Part shown: piece after piece, positions 1-9,775 of the stretch
How the letters are laid out: each line of letters opens with the position of its first letter
How positions within the stretch are numbered: position 1 is the first letter of the stretch
DNA from: Podarcis pityusensis
Taxonomy: Eukaryota
Reading direction: 5' to 3' (one strand)
Assembly: GCA_964106645.2 (NCBI GenBank)
Contig: OZ067054.1
Length of the DNA stretch: 64,000 nucleotides
Notes under the pieces: generated by a model
The model's database searches: none
Told to the model about the DNA's origin: nothing
Seen by the model: only the letters and a program-made list of their open reading frames with translations
Program-made: the position numbers and the translations under genes

Positions 1-2867
1 ACTCCATCCTTCCTCCCCCCGCCCCGGGAAGGCCCTGGGGTGACACCCGTAATTGGCCATGAAAGGGCTCATTCCTGTGGACACGTGTTCAGCGTTATTG
101 TACGCAAATTCAGCCAAAGCTAATTTCTCTACCCAATCGTTCTGTCTCTCGCTGACATAGCAGCGTAGGTACTGCTGGAGTATACCGTTCGCTCTTTCGG
201 CTTGTCCGTTGGTTTCTGGATGCCTCGCCGTCGAGAAGCTCACCTCGACCTGTAGCAAGCTCATGAGTCTCCGCCAGAACCGGGAAGTAAATTGTTTCCC
301 GCGATCCAAGATTACCCTCAATGGAGCCCCGTGCAGTCTAAAAATGTGATCCACAAACAGCCTGGCTGTCTCTTCTGCCGTTGCTGCATGTGAGCAAGCT
401 ACGAAATGGCACATTTTAGTCAGTAAATCGACCACTACCATGACCGCTGTCTTTTCCCTTGACTTGGGCAGATCTGTCATGAAATCAATGGACACCACCT
501 CCCAGGGCCTTTCCGGTGTCGGTAAGGGTTCCAGTAGCCCCGCGGGGGCAGCCCTTTCCCCCTTTGCCCTCTGGCATCGGTCGCACCCTCGTACATATTC
601 TCGTACGTCTTCCCTCACCTTTGGCCACCAGAACTGCCTGGTGACAAGTAGCATGGTCTTGTGCTGTCCAAAGTGCCCAGCTCTTGGGTTGTCATGGAGT
701 TGTCTAAGTACCTTCCCCCTCAAAGTCTCCCCTGGTACATACAGCGCCCCCTTATAGTACAGTAGTCCTTCCTTTTCCTCAAACCCTCCATTGACTTCCT
801 TTCCGTCCCTGAGTTCCCTGATTTTTGTCTGAGCAAACTCATCGTCTCTGGTGAGCCCTGCCAGTTCTCATTTCCCAACCAACGCTCCCCCACACACCCA
901 CCGGTCCTCGGGGAACACGTGCCTGGTCTCTGGTGGCCCCTCTCCTTCCATGTACTCCGGTTTCCGGGAGAGAGCATCTGCCCTTACGTTTTCCTCTCCC
1001 GGCATGTATTGGATCTCGAAGAAAAACTTGGCGAACTCCTGAGACCATCTGATCTGTCTCTGGTTGAGCACTCGCGCGGTCCGCCAGTATTCCAAGTTCT
1101 TGTGGTCAGTTTGGACCTGGATCTTGTGCCGCGCCCCTATCAATAGATGTCTCCATTGCCGAAATGCCGCATAGATCGCAAGCAGTTCTCGGTCATACAC
1201 CGTGTAGTTTTGCTCCGACTTGCTCAGCTTCCTAGAGAAAAAGGCACACGACCTCCAGTTCTGATTGGCCCCGGGCTGCAAAAGGACCGCTCCAATCGCG
1301 CGGTTGGACGCGTCCGTCTCCAGTCTCATGGGCTTCTCCGGATCAACGTGCAGGAGCTGCTCTTCCGAGGCGAACGCCTTCTTCAGTTTTTCAAAGGATT
1401 GCTGCGCATCCTCTGTCCACGCGAACTTCTTTTTGCTACTAAGACAATCCGTTATGGGCACTGTCAAGTGAGTGAAGTTCTTTATGAACTTCCTGTAGAA
1501 GTTGCTGAAGCCTAGGAACCTCTGCACATCCTTTCTGTTTTGGGGGGCTTTCCATTCCAGCACTGCCTTCACTTTGCCCGGGTCCATGGCTAGTCCTTTG
1601 TCTGACAACCTGTACCCCAGGAACTCAACCTCCCTGGCGTGGAATTGGCATTTTTCCAGCTTGACCCACAACTGATGCTTCTTCAGTCTCTGTAGCACCT
1701 CCCTGACGTCTCTGACGTGTTGCTTTTCATTGTCCGAATAGATTAAGACGTCATCCAAAAAGGCTACGCAATTCTTGTACAGCAGGGGCCCCAACACATG
1801 GTGCATGAAGGCTTGAAAGCAGGCGGACCCCGATTGTAATCCAAATGGCATGACTAAGTACTCAAAAGCCCCCAGGGGGGTGAACATGGTCATTTTCCAT
1901 TCGTCCCCTTCCCTTATCCTAATCAGATTGTATGCTCCCCTGAGGTCCAGCTTGGTAAAAATCTTCCCCTGCCTCACACGTGTCAAAATATTGTCAATCC
2001 TGGGCATTGGGAAAGTCACGGGTTCTGACACCAGGTTTAGGGCCCGGTAATCCACGACTAATCTGGGCTGATTAGTCTCTTTTTTGTCCACAAAGAACAC
2101 TGGACTGCCCCCCACCGCCTTTGATTCCCTTATGAAACCTCTCTTCAGGTTCTTGTCAATAAACTGCTGCAACTCCTGCATCTCCCGGTATGGCATACAG
2201 CTTACCCACCGGTAACTGAGCCCCTGGAAGCAGGTTGATTTGGCAGTCAAATGGCCTGTGGGGGGGGCAGTCTGTCTGCCTCCCTCTCACTGAAGACCTC
2301 CTTCAAATCAGCATATTGTGTTGGCACCTCCCTTTTTTGCTCCAGGGCCACCCCAGCCACCCTGGCCACAGTCCTTCTTGGTTCCTTCCCTCCCAGACAG
2401 TGTTCTGAGCAGTAAGCTGACCCAAAGGTGACCGACCGCTGATGCCGTGACACCACTGGGTCATGTATTGCCAGCTAGCTCATTCCCAGTATTATCGGGG
2501 GTCCTGCCAGCGTGGCCACGTGAAAGGCAATGGTTTCCGTGTGCCTGGAGACACTCATTCGCATTAGTGGTGTCTGGTGTGTCACTTCCTCTCCCAGGAG
2601 TTCCCTGCCATCGATGGTGGTCACCTGCAAGGGAAAATCTAGTGGCAACAGGTGGAGCTGGTGCTCCAGAGCGAAGTCTCTGCTGAAGAAATTACACGAG
2701 CTGCCAGAATCTAGCAGCCCCTCCACTTTGACGGGGTGCCCATTTGGGAGTTCTAGCACCACCTCTATGGCTATAGCTGCCTTGGGAGGGTCAGGCTGGG
2801 GCACTTCTATTGGTTGCTGGCCTGGCTGCTGCCCCTGCTGGTTGACAGCCAGGCGTTGTCGTTTCCC
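1..2867 (-). pseudogene. Gypsy pol (protease, RT, RNase H, integrase), disrupted
   Basis: Protease LLDSGSSCNF; RT LDLRGAYNLIRI, MPFGL, FLDD; RNase H ETDAS, RELLAI, TDHKNLEY, ADALSR; integrase LHDNPRAGHFG...CDRC and VSMDFMTDLP continue in frame past the stop at 868. Confidence 0.95.
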
Positions 2868-3826
2868 TGCACCGGCTCTTCCTCCCCCTTATCGTCGTGG
2901 CCTGCAGCCCCCATCATGCCTTGCCAGGCTTTTCGTTGAGGGCAGACCTTTGCAAAGTGTCCCGGTCGCTGACAGAGGAAACACTTCTTGGTAGTTTTCC
3001 ACTCCTTTTTCCGCCCTTCCCCAGCGTTTGAAACTTCGCGCGTGTGCGCTCCATCAATTTCCATCGGCTCCGCCGCCTGGGAAGGCTCCCTCGGCATCTC
3101 CGGAATGCGGTTGTCATGGAAACGTTACGCCCTTATCTCCCACTTCTCCTGAGCCCGCGCTTCCTGGCGTACACCGATTGCAAGCACAGCCTTTGTGAGT
3201 TCTTCCATCGACCGCGGGCGGGGCACTCGGGACAACTCGTCTTTCACTTCGGGGGACAAACCCGCTTCAAACAACATTTGTACTGGTTCAGAGTCCAGAT
3301 CCCACCCGAGCTTGTGGACTAACATCGCAAAACGCGACCAGTAGTTTCTGACGGACAGGCTCCTCTGCTTGCACCCCATCAGCTCCCTCTGTGTCACGCT
3401 TTGCTCAATCTTGCTGGAGAACATCGCGTCCATTGCGAGGTAGAATTTCTTAAGATCTTTCAAAGCGTCATTCCCCGTTGCCATCAAGGGCCTGATCCAT
3501 TCGCACGCCCCATCCTGCAGATGTCCAATAATGTAAGCCATCCTCTCCCTGTCATCCGCAAAGTCGTTTTTCTGCAATTCCAAAGCGTACTGATTTTCCG
3601 TTCGGAAGGCATTGTAGTCTTGGGGCTTTCCACCAAACTTGTGTACCAGCCCCGGGACCTTCCTCCCTATCGGGGTGGCTCTGACCTGGGCATCCTGAGC
3701 CTGTCTCTCCTCCAGCCGCGCGGACAGGGTAGCGACATGCGTCTCCAGGTCTCGGTTCCTCTCGACCAGACCTCGCACCATGGCTTCTTGCTCTGTCTCT
3801 CCGGCCGGCCCTGTTTGGCTCATCAT
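2807..3826 (-). pseudogene. Gypsy gag (capsid + CCHC zinc knuckle), premature stop at 3125-3127
   Basis: ORFs 3125-3826 and 2807-3097 are in the same frame. Motifs PMEIDG and CFLCQRPGHFAKVC; PEG10/RTL-like gag segment FGGKPQDYNAFR...HLQDGACEW. Confidence 0.9.
2820..2867 (-). promoter_or_regulatory. -1 programmed ribosomal frameshift signal (G GGA AAC + stem-loop)
   Basis: Slippery heptamer at 2867-2861, 6-nt spacer, then a 9-bp stem GCCTGGCTG/CAGCCAGGC. The -1 frame is open into the protease. Confidence 0.8.
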
Positions 3827-3855
3827 GCTGCCTCTCCTGGGCTGCGCACAAGCAA

Positions 3856-4311
3856 CGTCAGGGACTGACGGATTGCTGTAATGGTTCTAGGGGTTGCTCG
3901 TGCGTAAGCCGGTGCAAACACCCGGCTGGGTTGCCTGAGTGAACCTTTCCTGTCCGGACAGCCACTCACCCGTGGCTATCTCAGTAGCTGGCAGAATCCG
4001 TCAGTGGGCGTTTCTTAAACTTCTTCCAGCAAAGAAGCTCTTTGACGCCTAGTCTCCTCCTACTCTCTCTGCGCGAAAGCCTTCTGCGCAAGGAGGGCGT
4101 AGGCAGCGGAGGACCCCTACTCTCCCCGCTGGTCCCCGGCAAGGAGTCATGGCACCGCCTCGCCGCTTCCCCCATCTGCCCCCCTTCTCCACTGGTGCTA
4201 CGCTGATTCTCTTCCCCAGAAGATGGGCTGCCTCTCCCACTCCCGGGACGCTCTCCGGAATCCCTCTGGATTTTGCTCTCTCCCCCCGGCACTGATGGCA
4301 GTTCCCTGACA
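3856..4311 (-). repeat. 5' LTR of the Gypsy element (inner boundary 3856 or 3877)
   Basis: Starts TGTCAGGGA at the GC-rich/AT-rich boundary. Ends either TCCCTGACG (3856, inverted match to the start) or CCATTACA (3877). The 3' LTR is not visible to confirm. Confidence 0.65.
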
Positions 4312-7219
4312 CTCTGTCTAGCAGATTCAGAATGAAATGTCTCAACAACAGTTCTTTAAAATTACTTTAAATTACATCCCCCTCTGACCGTAACAACAAC
4401 AAACGTAAGCTATGAACTCTGCACCGATCTGAATTCTGAACTTGAATAAACTGAACTATATCATTGACAAAGCCTGAGGGCTTTCTGCCATATAAATAGC
4501 CTGTGAGAAACTTCCATTTGTTTCTACACAGGCCCTGCAGGTGCTTGCTTTCAGGAGAAAATGCTGGAAACTATGAGAAGCTTCCAGAACCAAACTACCT
4601 GTGATGTGACTGGTCAGTTGGCAGAAGCCACGCCCATCGCTCAGTTGAATTGCCAGTTGTGTCGCTAGAAAGCGCCACAACATACATCATCCAAATGACC
4701 TCCGCGAGAATTTCAATTTCAAATATCCTGATTATTTCTACATTTACTAAAGTATTTTTATTTATTCACTTGGGGGGGGGGGGCAGCCTGTAACTTTAAT
4801 AGTTGTGTGTAAAAGGTGGCATTTTGGAAAGTGCAGAGATGACAAAAACTCAAAACAATGAAAGATGCAGAAATTCTATTCTTTACATCTTGCCACTCTA
4901 CTCACTTATGCCAGCAAAGCATTCTGGAGGTGGCAGCAAACAGACACAAATAGACTTTGGGGTGAGGATATTAAAAAGGGATTAGACAAATTCCTGGTGA
5001 ATGGGCCTATCAGAGGCTATTAGCCATTATAGCTTAAAGGAACTTCCAGGTTCAAAAACCTGTTGCTGAAGGAAAGTGGGAGCGCTGTTGCCTGCTAGCA
5101 AATTTCTTGGAAACAGATACTTGGCTACTCTGGGAAACAGGCTGCTTGACTAGGTGGGCCCTAATCCTGACTCTTACAATGTTTGGCAGGACTCTTACAA
5201 TGTTTGGCAACTCTGTAGTCAAAGGTAGTTTATTTACTTGTTCTGTAATAATAAACTGGATGTGGGGTTGGACCAGATGACCCTCGGGGGTCCCTTCCAA
5301 CTTTCCAACTCTGTGATTCTATTGTGTCCCCATAGTTGTCCTGCTTTGGAAGAGATAGATTGTAATAGAGGGCTAAGCATATTATGTGAATAGCAGGTGA
5401 ATGCATTAGAAAGACCATTCAGAGGGAAAGTACCATTTTAAAGCAAGCCAGGTCATTGCTTGCATTTTCTTTGTAATGGAAAATTGATTTGAGTAGCTAT
5501 GATTCAAAAAACAGTGTGTGGTTGTTCCCTCACCCGCCCCCATATACCCATCAGTGGGTGGTGAAATAACTACTGAATGCCTAATAATTGGTTTAATCTC
5601 CTCCACAGCTAGTGTAGCCTAAGCTCATCAGAATTTTCCATGCCATGCATCTAAACAGCTCCTCTGCAGTGCTGGCTGAGTTTAAAGCAAAGCTTATGCT
5701 GTGCCATATTTGTAGCCTTATCAGTTACAACACTCATTGATCCAGCACCACAATCTATATTCTTTCCTCCAGCATTGTCCTGAGCACATTAAAAGAGTAA
5801 TTTAGCAGGGCTGTTTGTTTGGATACAATATCAAAACAATAAATACAATATGTGAGAATTTCAGTTGGTATGTTTGTTACTTAGACCTACTTTTAAATAT
5901 ATTTATTTCAAAGTAAGCCCTATTGGAAGCATCAGAATTAAACTTACTGTGTTTATGAAAAATGTTACTAGCTATATTTTTAACTCATTAATTACTGAAT
6001 GAAAGTAATTTCTGGTCCTCAAGCTTAAGGAATGTGTTTGACCCCAGATCTTGGTTGTGAATCAACTCCAAGTATTGTTGGTCTACAAAGTTTATATAGG
6101 CTCTTTTCTTAAAATATAGATGAAGGCATTTTAGCTCTGAACTCTTGCTGTGGTAGCAGATTCCATAGCTGGCCACCTCTCTGTGAAGAATGCTTTTGCT
6201 ATCCCTGCCCAAATTGTTTGAGGGTAGAATATTGTCAGGAGACCTGGGTTTTATTATTGGACTTGCTATTACTTTGCTGTGTGACTGGAATGTATCCTTT
6301 TTCTGTGCCCCATCAATAAAAAGTGGATGACATATTTGCAAGAAGATGTAAGGCTTCTTGAAAAGTGCAGTATGAGAAGTGCTGCATAACCTTTAGTCAA
6401 ATCTTTTGGTACTTGTGATCATTCTAGGGCTTAGAGATGATTAATGCTAGACTGCATCTGCTCAGCTTTTGCTGGGGTTGCTTTCACTTTATCAGCCGTA
6501 ATAACTCATTGCCCACTTTACTGCCAGAATCTATTTTAAATCCATCTCAAAGTTTGCCCCAGAAACTTTCCATGCTAATTCCTCTTTCCTTGTGTGCATT
6601 GCAGGTAAGGAAGTAATTAAGTCAAATATACATCCCAGCACTGACAAGATTAAAAGATGTTTTATACATGAATGTCAGACCTAGATCACTTACAGATAGC
6701 CTGTTTATTGAGGATTTGTCCTGATTTGTTTGCACATTTTCGGGGGGAGGTTAGATGAGATGGGCTGTTTATTGAGCATTCGTTTGGAATGATTGATTTG
6801 CATAGAGGTTATATGACATTGCATCAAATGATTGCTGTCCCACACTTTTCAATGCATTTTCCCATCACTTTTTTGTAGCCGCATTGTATTTTTATATTTT
6901 ATTAACAGGTAGAGTTGGTTTTTATTGGAAATAATAAACTGCTCTGTGGAGGAAGTTCCTCAATAAGCAGGATATATTAAAATAAGGTTTTTTTTAAAAC
7001 TCTTCCTGCCCTCTGTGATCCCAAGGACAGGTCACCATAGCAACTGTTATTTTTCATGTTCCAAAGATGCACATAACCACAGTCACTTAGAGACAACTAT
7101 GATTGAGTGGAATTTAATTTTCTGAAATATATAAATAACTTCCTGATCACTGAGTGAGTTTGTTGAGGCTGATAGGAGCTGGATGGGAGTTGGGAGTTCA
7201 ACAATATCTGGAGGATACT

Positions 7220-7620
7220 TGGACCCTGAGATCATACTCTGAGGTCCTTCTTTGTGTGCCTTCTCCAGGAGAGGTCTGGAGGGTGGTAACATGAGAAAGG
7301 GCCTTTTCTGCAGTGGCTCCCCATTTGTGGAATGCTCTCCTCAGGAAGGTTCAGCTGGTGCCTTATTAATTTTCCTTATTTTATTTTATTTATACCCCGC
7401 CCATTTGGGCGGCATCCAGCAGAATATACAAAACATAAGAACCCGTCAAACACCAATTTGCCTTAAAGATTATTGTTCTCATGAATTTATTTATTTATAA
7501 CATTTCATACCTGCCTTTCAATGATTGGCTTACTTTTTAAGCCATTATACACCTTTAAGCGCCAGGTGAAAATGTTCCTCTTCAACCAGACCTTTGGCTG
7601 ATTGAGATCCAATGCTCTTT
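7220..7620 (+). mobile_element. L2/CR1-group LINE 3' fragment, interrupted by another insert
   Basis: GGCCTTTTCTGCAGTGGCTCCCCATTTGTGGAATGCTCTCC (AFSAVAP..WNAL-like), later TTTAAGCGCCAGGTGAAAATGTTCCTCTTC. Confidence 0.55.
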
Positions 7621-8499
7621 TAAATGTGTTGTGGGAGGAGGGATTATTGGTTTGTTTTTGTTCTTTTTTATTATGTATTTTGCAATATACAAATTTAATA
7701 AATACTAATAATAAATAATAGGCTCCCCACTCCCATGCTATGCTTCCATACTTTCTAGTAGTGACCCTTTATAAAGGCAGCCCTGTTTCATTCTAAATCT
7801 AAATACATTGCTTGTGATTGCATGAAAAAATGTCAAATAGCCATCACTAGTGCTATTTTTCTAGAAAAAGCGGTGCTGGCACTCACCATGAATGCCTCCC
7901 TTGTTCTCTTACAATGGCAATGGCACCCACCTGAGAGGTGCTGAAGCTGAGTTCCGTTGAGTTCCATCTCAAACCCCCCCCCCCCAGCTATCACTGTAGC
8001 AACATGATCAGGACCTGGGACCACAGCACATGGGAGGGAGGGAGAATGAAATGTGTGTTCCATCCATCCTTACTTCACACACTCCAATTAATTCATTACT
8101 TCCTGATTAATTATGTCTACCTGAAAAAGTTCAGAAGGTGGTGGTGCATAGGTGGGACTTCTCTGTGGTGGCTCCATGTAATGTCTACCTCCCTACCTTC
8201 TGCCCTATCAGTCTCAGTGAGCACTAACCTCTACTGGTTTATTTATATATGTATTTATAAATAAAAGAATAAACACACACACACACCTTTCAACAAGACG
8301 CTCAAGGCAGCTTGGTTTATGGCATCTACGTAACTGGAAGGGATTGGAGAGTTGGGGGCGTGAAGTCATCAGTAAGCTAAATGTCCTTTTCTGTCAAGGA
8401 GAGCGTGTTGAGCTGGTGTGTAGGGTCAAACATCAGTTAACAAATTGGGATTTAATCCTCTTCTGGGTGGTAGCTGACTAAGTAAGATTTAATCCAGAC

Positions 8500-8700
8500 A
8501 AGATAGAGGTGTTTTTGGTTGCTAGGACTAGTAATCCTGGGATAGTGATGCAGCTAGTTTGGGATGGGATTAGACACACCATGAAAAATCAGGTCCACAG
8601 CCTGGGAATGCTCCTGGACCTGGCTTTGATTCAGGATGATCAGGTGGCAGAGTTTGCCCAGTTTAAGCTGATATGCCAATGGTGCCTCTTTTGTGGGAGG
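8500..8700 (+). mobile_element. L2-like LINE ORF2 fragment
   Basis: Translation QLVWDG...QVHSLGMLLDLAL...FAQFKLICQ resembles the reptile L2 post-RT region. Confidence 0.5.
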
Positions 8701-8859
8701 GAAACTTGGGGCTGTATTCATCTAACCTTTATATGAAGTAGGTGCAAGAAATTAATGGACCTAAGTTAGTCATGGTGGGTCTACTCTGAATGAAAATTTG
8801 TTGAATACAACCCCTGGGCGTGATCACTCATGCCTTATTTAAATTGACTGTCAGGAGCC

Positions 8860-9075
8860 ATACTGTATCTCCAGAACTACAAAATCAATTTCATGCCCTC
8901 ACCTCGGACACTGATTCTTGGCCAGAGGAGCAAGAACAGTGGTTGCAGATCTCAGAAGACACTGAGGTGGCAGTGAAAGGTACAGTGTACAGAATTCCTG
9001 CTGCTCATCAGAAAAGGAAGAGACGTGTGGTGGTGGCAGGTGACTCCCTGCGGAGGGGGACAGAGGCAGCAGTGT
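8860..9075 (+). mobile_element. CR1 LINE ORF1 fragment (GDSL esterase-like motif)
   Basis: Translation LQNQFHAL...KRKRRVVVAGDSLRRGTEAAV matches the typical CR1 ORF1 motif. Confidence 0.65.
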
Positions 9076-9775
9076 GAGGAAGAATGGCTCTCCTTGACCT
9101 GATTGTCTTCCTTTCTGAATGACTGCCATAAGTATGGGAACTGAGTGCCAGTCCATTGGAACGACTTCTTAGTGCTTCTTTCCAGCATGTGTGTGTCTTT
9201 TCAAAAGGAAATTACCTCCCTGTTGGTTGGAAATTAAATAAGAAAAAAAAAGTCACGTAGGAACAGCACGAAAGTTGCTCTCTCCTCTGAAAGCTTTAGT
9301 TAGCAGCAGCATTAACAGCTAAATGTGTAATTCTAGTGCAAGTTTGCAGCTGACCACTATGCTCACATTGTTTTTTACAATCTATTTAGCATGGAATCCT
9401 TTGCTTTCACATTTTTTTTAAAAAAAACCTCTGCCTTCTGCATAATGGCAGATTTAACTGTTTTTGGTCTTGCTAAACAGAAGTATCCAATATTGGTTCC
9501 TGTGTCTGGTAATTTTTATCCCAGAGTGAAGACTCGTTGAAATAGATGTGATATGGTTTTATGTGAAAACATTAGTTTCCTGAAGCACTTCACTGTTCTG
9601 GCGCTGTAAAATGAGAAATACAAAACAGATAAAATGATTCCTTTTATTAGATTCTCTTCTGTTGTTGAAGACACATGCATACCTTCCAGTTACTTAGAGC
9701 TCTTTATCAACAGGAAGTTGGTTCAATAAAAGATTAGATGAATTAAAAGTGTTCTGTTTTCTATTTTGCAATTTA

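Larger units (their letters stand above)
1..4311 (-). mobile_element. Ty3/Gypsy LTR retrotransposon (sushi/chromovirus-like), decayed, 3' part outside window, antisense in WNK3 intron
   Basis: Minus-strand order LTR, gag, protease, RT, RNase H, integrase. The element starts TGTCAGGGA at 4311. In-frame stops at 3125, 2475 and 868; frameshifts near 2190-2270. Confidence 0.95.

Noticed and set aside
868-2250. Domesticated RTL1/PEG10-like host gene
   Set aside because: The LTR is retained and several stops and frameshifts surround the RT frame, consistent with a decaying insertion.
5169-5209. 21-bp tandem duplication (a similar 32-bp one lies near 50389-50447)
   Set aside because: Ordinary two-copy slippage duplications.
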